Notes under the pieces: model-generated | The model's database searches: none | What the model saw: the letters and a program-made list of their open reading frames with translations, nothing else | What the model was told of the DNA's origin: nothing | Part shown: one piece after another, positions 1 to 13,600 of the stretch | Position numbering within the stretch: the first letter of the stretch is position 1 | Layout of the letters: the number at the start of each line of letters is the position of its first letter | From: Phoronis australis | Taxonomy: Eukaryota > Animalia > Phoronida | Length of the DNA stretch: 64,000 bases | Assembly: GCA_002633005.1 (NCBI GenBank) | Contig: NMRA01000009.1 | Span: forward strand, 1,571,858-1,635,857 | Reading direction: 5' to 3' | Translations under genes and position numbers: made by a program

Positions 1-445
1 CAGTTCCCAAAATCGTGAAATCAACATTTTCATTTTTTTAACTAGGCCGAAGGTCAGAAGTTGCGGACCTACCGGCGAACTTTGAAAGCTGAAGTTCCCG
101 CCCTTCGCGTACGTGCTGCCGGGAACCAGCCGTGCATTTGCCGTGTTGTTTAACATTAAAATGTCAAATATGTGCACAAAGACTATTAAGTGTCATATCA
201 ACAGCATTTATTTTTATCAAATACAAACAATAATTCATTGAAATACAATCAGTTTCAAGTAACGCCAATTAAAGACAAGTATAAGTGGTGGCATTTTGGA
301 AACGAACATTTGACTGACAAGACCGCAATGGCTCACCTTTGGCCTATTTAAAGATTGAGGTCATGAAGTCACATCACCTAGCGAGCGTGGTAAAAATTGG
401 AGCGTGCGCAGTATAAAAATGGTGAGTTCACGATTTTGGGAACTG
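1..445. mobile_element. MITE-like element bounded by inverted repeats (left end may lie outside the window)
   Basis: 1-19 CAGTTCCCAAAATCGTGAA is the exact reverse complement of 427-445 TTCACGATTTTGGGAACTG. Confidence 0.55.
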
Positions 446-893
446 AAATAGGGACTGCTCGAAGAAAAAGTTTGATATTGGGAGTATTTGTTCGAGTTGG
501 AAGGAATTAAACACATCGACAACCTCCTCAGGTGTTCCTCTGTCCAAAAGGTATTTATAACAACGTGACTTTGATGGTTTAGTCGGTGCGAGGCATAATT
601 CGCCGAAAAGCTTCCGGCGTACAGAGTGCCTATATCCTCTACATCGCCTCTGCTTCGGGCCAACAGAGGCGATGGTCATTGCCTAGGACGAAGTTTGATC
701 CAACACACAACACGTCTTCAGCTAGGTAATTACATCGCCCTGGATGCCGCGGGCATACAGGCCAACCGAGGGCTACGTCTTGCCTAGTCTTCAGCCCTCC
801 ACCCCAATTCACTCTCCTGGCAGTTTTTCCAATCCAGTTGTCATTCTGTTAACTGTGTGTGACTGAACATCAAACTTCATCAAAGTAGCTAGG

Positions 894-1042
894 AGTGGCG
901 GATTGACAGGGGAGCCATGCCCCCCCCTAAAATTCTCCCAGATTCCATTTGGCATTTTGGGGTGCGAATGTCTGACGGAAAAAATCCTGGCTAACACTCT
1001 GCCCTGCCCCTCCCCCAATTCAAAATCCTGGATCTGCCCCTG
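894..1042. mobile_element. Short hAT-like MITE, same family as 60970-61097
   Basis: Ends (G)AGTGGCGGAT...ATCTGCCCCTG; shares CCCCCCTAAAATTCTCCCAGATTCCATTT with the 61 kb copy. Confidence 0.55.
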
Positions 1043-1768
1043 GCTAATGCTCTGTACATGTGGACCTTGCCTGGTCAAGTTTCTTGGTTACTCTAAACAT
1101 GGACCATCATGGTGGCATTGGGATTTAGTTAAGAGATCACTGCTGTTACATGACATGTCATTTTCTGATGTAATTGAGCAGAAGCAGTATTTTGTCTGGT
1201 TTCTTTTAGTGTTTATTGTAGGGAAAGAATTAAGATGTTTAGTCATGTTGCTATTGTGGCCGTATACATCTAAGGAGTGGTTTAGTTGAGGTACGAGAAT
1301 AGGTGCTGCAAACCTTAACCGCATTGTGCATCTCCGAACTGATCTGACATCAAGAACTGTTCGCCACACAACACGGTGTTGGTAATTGCTAATAATGCAT
1401 GGTGTTGGTTGTATTTGAATAAATCTGAGATTCTGTAGATAGTACCACGCACCACTCCCAGATATGTAGTCTGTGCCTGTCATTGTGTCAGAAGACTTGA
1501 TGCTTGCTTGCTATTGGCTCATTTGTATCTTTTCGCCAGTGTTGTACATCTACTTAGGGCTAGGCATACCGTAATTAACGCTGACTAAAATGTCTATAAG
1601 TTTGCCAGACAGAGATTTGTAGTTTTGTCAGACATAGATTTGTAGTTTTAGTTAAGATTGAACCAAAAGGGTTGCTTTTACCCTTTTATATGCGAATCAT
1701 TCAATGTAGAGAGTTGATGACCTTCATCATTGTAGCAGTGTATTTACATCTGAGTGATATTATTGCAG

Positions 1769-3524
1769 AGATGGTTGCAACACAAGCACAGATGGAGGCT
1801 GCTGGGCTGCCATTGGATAAGAGAGATTACTGTGCACACTTGTTAATAGACTATCAGCAGTGCAGACAAGACAAGTTTCCATTCTATTACCAATGTGAAC
1901 ATGAGAAACATGTCTACGAGCAGTGTGAATATCAGGAGTAAGTTGAATGGTCCAGTCTGTAAACTAAGACTGTGTGGACCATTTAATGTTAAAAAATTCA
2001 ATTCTACGAGGTTTCTAAAAGCCATATTCAGCACCATTGTTAAAAAGGTGTTTGTAACATCAGCTCTTTAAGGTTTCTAATTATATATTTTGTTCCATTA
2101 GGCCAAAAAGCATTGTAATTGTTACTTGTCTGTACCACGACTCATTTCGAGACCTGTGTTCACTGACTATGATTTGCCAGATGATAACAAAAACAATATA
2201 TTTGCAGGTGTTCTTTTTCGAAAAAGTGTGCAACTATTACTCCACTGAATAGATTTTCAAAGAACATAGACCCTGGTTTGTTACTAGCAAAATATCAGGT
2301 ATTTTGAGAACCTGAAATAACCTCTAATTTGACCGAGGAGACCAACCTCAAAAGTTAGGTTTTGTGTTGGTAAGCTGGCTTGTAGGTCTTTTAATGTTGA
2401 AGAGTAAGCTTGGTTTGAGAAAACGAATGAAGTTTAATGAGGGACAGCAATGTCCCTTTTAAGGTGCATATTGTTTAGTTGGCTAAAAAACAAAATTCAA
2501 ATAGGTCTTTTGCTCTCATAAAATCAGTCTAACTATTATTGTGACAGGATGTTATTTCCATTACCCACAAAAACATAAAAACCATGTGGGACTCAAGAAA
2601 ACGCTAGTTTATTGGGGTTGGCCGACCTAGAATTGTGAATTCTAAAATGGCGCATGTATGCATTCCCTGCATTTCAAGTTGATATCCAAAATGGAATCTT
2701 ATCACAGTAAGAAGTACAAGACGTGCACCATTAAGAGTTGTTATTTTGCTCTATTTTTTTCCATTTCTGGTTCAGACAGTAAGCACGAGATGTACTTAAT
2801 TTCTCAACAAGATTGTTAAAGGTGTTGGCAAGTCTCAGGGCTTGGAATGACCAATGACAAAAAACGCGGAAACTTTGAAACTTTTACGGCCCAAATCTTG
2901 CCCGATAACCAGCCTTGAAATAGTCAGTGTGAACCTTTCCCCGACAAAAAAAAAACGTTACCACCATCAGTAGCATGCATCTGCGTCCTTTCAGCTCGCC
3001 CGTCCACTCCCAACCCACACATTTTTGGCTGCAGAGCGGTAGTATTTCTCGCCGCACTTAACAATAACACGAGACGCCATTGAATATCTCCCACCACGCT
3101 GTCCCAGATGCCCCGGCAATGTTGACAATTTACGTTCCTCCGAAATATAAAGAGCAACTTCCGCTTTTCTTGGTGAACGTCGTCTGCAACGCCGCGGTAA
3201 GAAAGGAATTTGCCGCGGAAATTTTATATCAAATCCAATTTTTTACGCGGAAATATTATAAAAAAAAAGCGGAAAGCACATTTGAAAAAAGCGGAAATCC
3301 GCGTTTCCGCGGAAAATTCCAAGCCCTGAAGTTTATCAGGTGTGCATATCTTCAGCAACTACCTCTAGTACATTGATAATTATTGTTTAAATTGTGTTGT
3401 TTTATTTTGTAGTTTTATATTGAGAATGAAGGAGTATGAACGTGAACGTCGGTTATTAGAAAGAGCAGCAAAAAAGAAAAGGAAAGAGATGTCAGAGATT
3501 ATACAGGACAAGGCTGTTATGTAA
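1769..3524 (+). CDS. NDUFB7: NADH dehydrogenase (ubiquinone) 1 beta subcomplex subunit 7; last two coding exons 1769-1937 and 3413-3524, first exon not found in window
   Basis: Spliced translation MVATQAQMEAAGLPLDKRDYCAHLLIDYQQCRQDKFPFYYQCEHEKHVYEQCEYQ/D-FILRMKEYERERRLLERAAKKKRKE... shows the RDYCAH motif, twin CX9C and MKEYERERRLL. GT-AG junctions are in phase; AATAAA at 3761. Confidence 0.95.
2836..3328. mobile_element. hAT-like MITE in NDUFB7 intron
   Basis: TIRs CAGGGCTTGGAAT / ATTCCAAGCCCTG with subterminal CGCGGAA repeats; no clean TSD. Confidence 0.6.
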
Positions 3525-4603
3525 TGTATACAGACTTGTACCCATGTGTATGAACACTGTGATGCTATCAATGTGGGGAGTATTTATTTGTTAAACAGAA
3601 CACAGCAGCAAGAGATCCCATTATAACGCAGACAAAGTAGTTGTCTTCTGTCACTGGATATGGACATTTGTGTGTGTGTGATCTATAATGAAATGAACGG
3701 TGCATTTACACTGCTGCAGGGAAAGAGTGTAGTCTACGTCTAGTTTATTAAAGCGTTGACAATAAAGACACGATTACAATGATAGTTATTTCTTTGCCTT
3801 AACATAATGGAATATCATATAATGAAAAGTTATAAATCATCCAGAAAGTATGCTAATCCTCAGGACCAACAGGTTAATTAAGTTCTCTTTATACCTGGCC
3901 TTTCATAATTAATATTCAATCACTTAATTATTGGAACTACAATTCTTCCACACAACCATCTTTACCATACCGAGAATTTCCGATAGTAAGCCCCAGGCAG
4001 TATATTCACAAAATGGAATATTTTCCACTGTTCTACGGTATCACTCCACAAGCCTGGGTGTAGTTTTGGATATGAAGGAATATGTGTCTGTGACATACGT
4101 GATATGATCGCTAAGCGTGTATGGTACTAAAGGTGTTGTTTATTTTGCAGATAAGCCAAAAACGTGCAAAATAAACTGTGTTTATCATGAAGCCTCATTT
4201 TTGCTTGCCACAGTTGCGACCTAATCCGTTGATTGTGGAGAATTGTTTTCCTATTTCTTCATAAAACAATGAACCTAACTTGAATTTTTAAGAATTCAAT
4301 TTCAGAATCGTTCCAAAAATCATCAATTTCAATCCACAATATATCAATTTATTTGAGCCATTGCTTTATTGCCATGAAGCCAGTACTAATGTGCTAATTG
4401 CTCTACTACACACAGTAGAACCTTAGATTTGTTTGCCTGATAAACATGCCTCTTGACGACAGCGAGAATTGCTCAAGAATTACTAATGCATTGTAGTAAC
4501 GTTCAAGAATCAAATGTGGAAAATCTGATATTGGCACATTTTCACAGTTCATCTGCACATATTCCAAAAGGCACGTTTGAATTAACGATAATATTCTGCA
4601 TGA

Positions 4604-7600
4604 TTATGGGCTTAATGTTGCCATTATCTTGCATCCTCCCACATTTCCATTCTTGTACAAGTTGTGCACGCTGCTGAAGAAGTGAAGCTGGTCTTTGTAC
4701 ACTTCTTCTCCGTGAATACGCACGTGGCGCTCTCTGTTGGCCACCCAGTCCTCTAGACGACATTGTGTAAAGTGGGTCCAGTCATCAGACACGTCACAAA
4801 ACTAAAAGTGTAAGGCATGCATTATTAATGGACTGATGAGATGTGGTGGACGGAAGGAGTAAATTAACTTTTTAAATACCTACTGCAAATACAATAAAAT
4901 ATCACCAATTTAAGACACAATATGGCAGACAAATGATACTTTTATTTTATATCGAAAACTTAAGATAGGCCACACAAATTGACATTATCATTCTTGACTT
5001 GAGAAACTGCCAGAATTCACAACAATGTTCTGAGCCTTTGAAAAATTAACAAGAGCAAATGATCATTATTTCTAACATTCTCACTAAAACTGAGCAATGC
5101 TAGTAAACTTGTAAATAGTCCCTAGGGGACGGAAACCAAGTTAGAAATGCTCTCCCCAATAGGAACACACCTACCGCATTTCATCATAATTCTTCAAGCA
5201 GGCAAATACAGAGGCGGATGGCAAAAAACAAACTTGATAATAACAACAATGGCCACTAGGTGGGATGCAAAATATGCCAAATTTGAAAATCCAATACCAG
5301 ATTTCAAGAAAATCTAATGAAGATACTACTATAAAGATACAGAGGCAAACAGGAAAAGTGCCACTAAGGGACACAGTGGTATGCAGGTCAGTTCGAAATT
5401 CATTATCCTTCATTGGCTCCATAAGAATAAATCTGCTTCGAAGGATTACAGGATTTGGCTGCGGACGTAAAAAAACAAAATTGCCACTAGGGATACACAG
5501 TCGATAGATCCGTCTAAAAACAACGTCAGCTGTAATAGCGGATTTGCAGCGCAGACGAACTACGCATTGCGCATGTGCGAGTTACTTCCTTCGCGAAGGC
5601 TCATGGGATAGCTTGTGGTCAGGCATGTCTTGAGCAGGCTGGATAGTGTGTGCATATTTGGAGTGATTTGCAAACTAAAAACCATGTTTCATTTTTTGCT
5701 TTATAATACCAAGCAAGTCCTCTCTCNTACACATAAAAACTCAGATTTTTATCTCTCTTGTTGTTTTTGAAGCAGCCAGGAACACAACAAGTGTATCCGC
5801 CGTAAGTTTTCTTCGCGCTCACTACCGCGTATTATGCTTGATACTATGGCCGTTTTCAGAATCCTGACCACAGCACCCACAATGCACCATTTTAACCTAA
5901 TTTCAATATGGCGTCGCTGCAAATCCGCTATTGGCCAGATAGAGCGGCAAATGTCATGAAACGGTCTCAAAAACAAAAATGGCCCAAAGGATGTGTAAAA
6001 TACGTCGAAACTATCTAAAAATGGAATCACATCGCTGTTAAACAAATTTCAAAAAATCCAACAAGGAACTCTAAGCCAAACGTAAAAAATATAATTGCAA
6101 CTACAGGACACAGTAGTAGTCAAATCGGTCCGAAACTCGCCATCAACTTCATAGTAATGCATTTGCCAAAATCTCATTAACTTCCTGCAAGTGCTTTAGG
6201 AGATACAGTAGCAAACGCAGGACAGAGATGACAGCAATCCAGCCACATGTGGGCACATAAAAATACAAACGCAGCAAAATTTACAGAATGCTGATTTTTA
6301 GTGTATGAATCAACATATTATTTACACTTCTGCTAATTCAACTATCCATGTAGCCAAGGAACTCAATTTGTGGTAAAGGGATCAACTGACACTGCAGGAG
6401 GACAGCTAATATTGTACGCACAATCATTCTGCGTACAGAAAGTGGGGATCGAGGGCCACCGCCAGACCTCTGTACAGCTACATTCAACCATGTTTTTGGT
6501 TTTGTTATTTTCGTGTTTTCTACAAGTCAAGTACGCAAGACAAAGGTTCACTTATAGAAATTCTTAGTTTACAACAGAAATGGATTCATCAAAGAAACGC
6601 TCGGAGCGTCAGGGGCACATGAAGGCATATTTGACTAGAGCATATTAATCCCACAAACCTTTAGACTGAACTACGCACAGTACAGGACAAAAGTAATCAA
6701 TCAATGATTTCCCTCGCCATTATGGCTGCAGTAATAATGACTGGTAGTAACTATACTGACCGAATATTATAACCACCTTACTAAGCTTCCTGTTAATTTC
6801 TCTTCATTTTTGGTCATGGGAGAATTGAAGCTACTATGACAAAGAATTTGGCTTCCATCCAGCCGTCAAAGTGGGAAACTTTTACTGTTTTATCCAAGTA
6901 CCTTTGGTCGTGCACACTGGGCATACCCTTAAGTCTGAGTAGAGAAATAGGAATTTGTTTATCTGTAATTATGTGGCTGAAATCGCAACAAACCCATGAA
7001 TCAAGTCGCCAATTTTTTCAAATCCAGATTTTCACAAAATTCACCTGTATTTGCATACCAGCCAAACATGTGTTGGGTACCTGTGGCAATGAAAACCTAC
7101 CTCAACTTGAAAGCCAGCACTGTTAAGTAACTTGACATAATCCTCCTTAGTACTCAGCATACAATAAACATCTGTCATAAGGGCACTCCTTTCTTCCTCA
7201 GTCACTTTACCTCTTTCATACATATCTTCAATGTACCTTGATTTATAAAAACAGTATTTGAAAGTCAGGTGATGGTTAAATTTTTGAAACATGACAGGAT
7301 GTATGAAAAACGAAGACCTTGTTTAAAATTACCATATCACTGCAACCACCCATCATCTCGATATTGTCTGTGTGCAATAAAGGAACACACAAAGCATGAT
7401 TTTTGAATCTTGATAACTTTTAAACCATTTTTCCCGTTTTTAGCATTGCGAGACCACAAAAGCATCTTCCCTCCACCCTGAATTTGTAATTCTGGTGAGC
7501 AAGGCAGGGCGTCAACAGGGACAAAGTGCAATTTCTTTCACTTACAAACATTTTGAAATATTGGATATTTATGTGTGAATCATTTAATAACCCACCGCAC

Positions 7601-10600
7601 AGCAGTGACAATTTAATGGCATGATGGTTGCAAAGAATTTACGAAAAATGCTGGGAAAAATCCCACTGGCATTGAATGCAAAACGTTGTCCACTGACTAC
7701 ACTATCACCATCTAGTGACCAGGTGTATTTTTGCTGCTATATCAAAAGATGGTTATTTTAATGTGTTAATTGCCAGCATCAGATTTTAAACTGATGGGAC
7801 TTGAAAGGATTCCTTTTTAAACAAATGTAACAATTGATACATGTCATATTGAAAATAAGGCACAAAGAACAGTAAACAACATGCAGTAAAACCTTGTTAT
7901 AACGAAGTCCCCACTTAACTATGAAGTTCAAATTTTGGAACTGGAGAGATTGGAAAACTTCCTGCAAAAATAAAACTTCAGCAAAGCGTTGTATGAGAGT
8001 TTCTAGATGAATGGATTGGCAATGAAGAAGTGAAATATTCACAAGAAAAAAACTTGTTAATGACGTAAGACTCCAGTGGCCTCAGTAATGTCGTGCCTTG
8101 TGCAGATTCCCATTATTGGGTTATTCGAGTTAGCTCTCTTGGCACTCAACACATGCCACATACGGAAAAAATAGGCCTGCCAAAAAATGACACGTGACCC
8201 TGATATGCCTGTCTCTTTGCCTTCGGAGATGAACTGTGCCGCGATTTGGCTTTTAAAAAAGGTTTTTTGTAGAAAAAATGTAACATAGAATGACAGACTG
8301 TAGTATCACTTCCAACTGACCATGTTAAATGCACTGCAGAATTAAAGCAAACAGAATACAGTGACCGTAACTCCCATTTGCAACTAGACAAAGTACGTCT
8401 TGCTCTTATGAAAACAATTCCAAAGCAAATTATGGGTGGGCGCTAGTCCAAGCATGGGCTCTAATTCTAATTAAACATTCTTTACATCGTAGGGTAGGCC
8501 CTTCACCGAACACTGGATGCTTAATTCGAAAATTTTCCGAAGTATTTGGGTGCTTACGTGAGCATTGACATTTAACCTGAATGTTTATGGTAGTTTGCAA
8601 AAGTTCAAGCCACTTGATAAATATATACATATATTGACATCCTGCATAATCCATGGCTATTTTAGTAGAGACAAGAGTTTGACTTAAATACTACATAGTA
8701 TTGAACCAAAACGACTTTGTAATGTATTCGCCATTACTTGAACAATCTGATGACGTCAGACAATTGATTATTGGGCATAATAACTTACATTTTACCACCC
8801 TTCTTTAGAACTGCAGCGCAACGTTTAACGAGCGAATCTTTGTCCTTGATGTGAAGAAATGTCAATATGCTAGTTAAAACATCATAACTGCCAGCATCTG
8901 AAAGAAGCAATATGTTACTAAAGTTGCATTTCACCAATGTTTAGCTGATGATGTTAAACACTTAACCAACACACTTCAGGGGTTTACATTGCCATGCATA
9001 CCCCATCTTACATTATTGTTGAATGAGCTGGCAACTCAGGTCATAAGCAATGCGCCATTTTCGAACCTGCAACTATAAAACATGGCCTATGTCAATAAAC
9101 TCTGACGCGGTTTCCTGAGATGCCGATGGTTCTTAATGGTAACAGAAACAGAATGCTATCATGGTAGCGAGTATTATATGATCAATTACATGAGAGTAAA
9201 AGGCTCAACTAGATTTCCATTTTAAGCCAGTTAAATATTAAAGGCAAAATGGTGCCTTTTAAACATTCAGTCAATCAAAAGAATCATCTTAAATGATAAA
9301 ATAATGAATTAGATTTTTGTCTCTTTATTTACAGGTGGAATAGTCTTGTGTGTAGAACCAAGGTTGCATGATTTGCGTCATGCGCTTCTGCAGAACACTT
9401 TTTCCAAAGTATTTAAAAGAAATCAATGTCTTAATTAGGCTCATACCATTCTGGGCTTGGCTATTCAAAATCCATAGGGGACAATAAAATAATTGTCTTC
9501 TAAGCCAGGCGCATCCCCTTACCCCGACCCTTTTTCCCCTTTTTATATTCTGTATTTATGTGTTGTGCATCTTACTTAGTTATTTTTTCTTTCCACAGTC
9601 AACCTCATCTATCACCTGTTAGCCAGTTTGTTACTCAGGTATATTTTGGTAACATCTTTATTACCATAAATTACTATTTCTTTCCTATTTATATAAACTT
9701 ATTTTATCATCCTCTTAATGTGCCTGCTTCTTGTTTTCCCTCTCGTTTCGATTTAATTTTATATTTTATTATGTATTGTTACGTAATCTGACTTGAGGAA
9801 ATTGAACTGAAACTTGTGAGCTTGCAATTCCTATGGACATGTGACTATCATCAGCCTGTAAGAATGGAGAGCTAACCAAACTCATGGCTTATGATAACAT
9901 AAACCAATTGGAATGCTGGGAATAAGTGCCGTGTAGCCCTGCACAAGGGAATTAATGGACCGATCTGAATTGAGGAAAAAGGAGATGTAAGATAGATGGG
10001 TCCATATGCTCACATGAATATATTTAACAAGTGAAATACCATTTGTGTTTAACATGTGTTCACTCACCAGACTGTTGTGGCAGTACGTATTGATTGACAA
10101 AAGGTGAGATGGATAATTATAGAGAAAGTGCCAAAAGTGATGGAAGGTAGTAGTGGGTGGGTAAATTGAAATGTTTAGACATGTACGAACAAGAGACCAC
10201 CAGTTCACAATAGTATATACAAACTTTATACATGCGGACACAGTTATTACACATTTCTGATTATCATTGTCCTTTGAATATACAATGAAATGTTTTTAAA
10301 AAGAGACGTGATATTGTGGAGATATGAATTTATTAAGTGTACTAGTTGACTGGACACAGTAACATGGAATGCTCTTTTCTTTCAATCTCTCCTGTATTAC
10401 AAATGTTACAAGTTCTTTCACTTCGGGAAATATTCTGCCGTTTCCAATTTTTTCATTGCCAATCTTACCAGAGATTATCTTTCAAATATTGCATTTTATT
10501 TTTTATTAATATTCTCTTTATTTGTATTTTGTCCTAATAAATAACTATGTCCACAACTTCGGTCTCCTGTGCACCTCTAGTAATAAGCATTTGCTTACTC

Positions 10601-13600
10601 AGGACATAGGCTGACCCTTTGTTAAGCCATGTTTACTAACAAAGGTCACTAACTGGGACAGTTGTATGGTAGGCTTCACAAAGAACTGTACAGTAACTCA
10701 AATAATTCTCCATGACCTTGCATGTCAATTTCAAAACGTTTATTGTGTGTGAATGACACCCATGATTTACAACCCTGCACAAAATTCTAAGCTAGGGACT
10801 AGTTACCCCCGCCAAGCCCAAAATGCCATGGCAGTGACATTTAGGAACACTGAAGTCCACAGTTCTGGTGCCACGTGTTTCATTGATCAAATATTTTACA
10901 TTACCTAATGGCAGGTCAATGAAGTTGCCGCAGATGTGCGTTACATTGTCACCAAGACCACATCTCTTCGTTAGCTGCTGGCCCAAGTCATTGTTCTCTT
11001 GCAGCAGTTCCACAGCACTGACGTGACAGTTGAAGTTGCTCGCCAGGTAGCGAGCAGTGCCCCCCAGACCTGAGCCGACATCTATACATCGACTGGAGGA
11101 TCTGTAGTGCGACATGCCATTTATTTAAAAGTTGTTATCAATCCACTCTGTCAAAAAATAATTTATCATTTAAATCAGTTGCACTTATAGATAGCATAAA
11201 AGATCTCAATTTACACATAAGGGCCTTCGATGCTTCAATTTTGGGCTGAACATCGGCCTCATTCCCAAGATCATGCATTAGCTGTCTACAGGAGCATTGG
11301 CCCAAGCTGCTGCAGTGGCTTATGGTGTCACTGACTAGTGTCTCGTTACATTGTTATTATTCTGACTACTGGATTAGTTTGGGTTTTAAAAGTTCCAGTT
11401 TTAAGCAATGTGTTGTTTTTCATATTAGAACCTACGAGAACTCCCAAGTAAACTTCACACCATTGGTCCTCTAGACATCAGGCCGTTGAATGAACTGTAG
11501 TATACGAGAATTGTGATCAAGTTATAGTTGTAACAATCTATGCTTTAACCATTGCCAGACTTACTTGAATCCAACCTTAGTGGATAACTGTTGTAATGTA
11601 TCTACTCCGTGGTAATGATAGTTGTCAAATTTATTCACATCTTCCACCTTCAGAGGCTGGTCATCTGTATAGCCAAGCTACAGGACATACCAAACAGATA
11701 TCATTTTGAATCGGGAGTGACGAATGAAATTCATACAGAGAAAGGGTTACGATGGAGTGACGCAATTATGTTGCACATCCCACAGAACTAATGAGGAGCG
11801 CAATTGTAACATTACATAAACGTTTTAGTCACATTCCTTGTCCGGTTTTAAAAATTCAAAAACCTAATCACATGAACATTTCAGAAACTATTCAAATATG
11901 CTATTCAAAAACTTTCAAAGTGAAAAATCAAAAATTCTATTATCGCTCCCAGTGTGTTTATGATGGGTTATGATTATCTAGAGAATGATAACATCGGGAG
12001 CCTAATGCGATTTAATGACTACAACAGCACGGTGTCTTTGATCATTGCCCGCAAATTTCAAAGTATGCTAACTGGTTGAGTTGCCCAATATTGACTGCTC
12101 AGGCTGCCAACATAGGATTCTTTTCATGGCAAAAATTCTCCAACTTGGAAAAGTAAAAAATTAATTTCTTTGCCCAAGATTGTAACTTGTCCTAAATTGA
12201 AGAAATATGCAATATTGGATTCAAGAATCATGGATTCTGTAGATTGCAAACACATTGTCCAAAATTTGAGAAATATGATAAAAGCCAAAATCACCCTTGT
12301 CCCAAATTCAGAATAAAGAAAACTCAAGAGTTTCCATGTTCCAAAATTCTAGAGATTGTCCCAAACTGGAGAATTTTTACCATATTTAAGAACATGTCTG
12401 GTTTAAGTTGATTTCCTCTTAATCAGTTGTCAACAGGCAAATTGACTTCCAATGATGCAATCCTTTTATCTGATTAAATCAACAGTTGGTCTACACAATG
12501 TTTGTAGTTCTGATTTCAATTCCTTACAAGAAACAGCCAAGTTCTGAAGGACATGTCTGTGCATTTAACCAAAAATGTAAAAAACTAGAGAATTTAACTG
12601 TGACAGCAAAAGTATGTATTTCTGAAAGTAGAAATTCTGTAGAATTTGATTTTTGACTTTTCCAAGTCCTACTTTTTGATAGCCCCTTATGCAAACGTGC
12701 AATATTTCAAAAACGATTTCTAGCATCGTTTTGGAGAACAGTTTATAAAGCATAGTATTGGAGAACAATTTATAAAGCATTAGTATTGGAGAACAATTTA
12801 TAAAGCATAGTGTTGGAGAACAATTTATAAAGCATAGTGTTGGAGAACAGTTTATAAAGCATAGTATTGGAGAACAGTTTATAAAGCATAGTATTGGAGA
12901 ACAATTTATAAAGCATAGTATTGGAGAACAGTTTATAAAGCATAGTATTGGAGAACAATTTATAAAGCATAGTATTGGAGAACAGTTTATAAAGCATAGT
13001 ATTGGAGAACAATTTATAAAGCATAGTATTGGAGAACAGTTTATAAAGCATAGTATTGGAGAACAATTTATAAAGCATAGTATTGGAGAACAGTTTATAA
13101 AGCATAGTATTGGAGAACAATTTATAAAGCATAGTATTGGAGAACAGTTTATAAAGCATAGTATTGGAGAACAATTTATAAAGCATAGTATTGGAGAACA
13201 GTTTATAAAGCATAGTATTGGAGAACAATTTATAAAGCATAGTATTGGAGAACAGTTTATAAAGCATAGTATTGGAGAACAATTTATAAAGCATAGTATT
13301 GGAGAACAATTTATAAAGCATAGTATTGGAGAACAATTTATAAAGCATAGTATTGGAGAACAGTTTATAAAGCATAGTATTGGAGAACAATTTATAAAGC
13401 ATAGTATTGGAGAACAGTTTATAAAGCATTAGTATTGGAGAACAATTTATAAAGCATAGTATTGGAGAACAATTTATAAAGCATAGTATTGGAGAACAAT
13501 TTATAAAGCATAGTATTGGAGAACAGTTTATAAAGCATAATATCTGCGTTTCATGTGAATCCTATCAGTCATTTCTGAGATACGATGTTACAAAGTTGCT

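Noticed and set aside
419-427. ATG|GTGAGT as NDUFB7 first exon
   Set aside because: Phase 0 does not fit the phase-1 acceptor at 1769, it lies inside a MITE, and it lacks the conserved N-terminus.
12770-13429. 219-aa (MLYKLFSNT)n ORF, or CRISPR-like array
   Set aside because: Translation of an intronic 27-bp minisatellite; there are no unique spacers or cas genes, and the context is eukaryotic.
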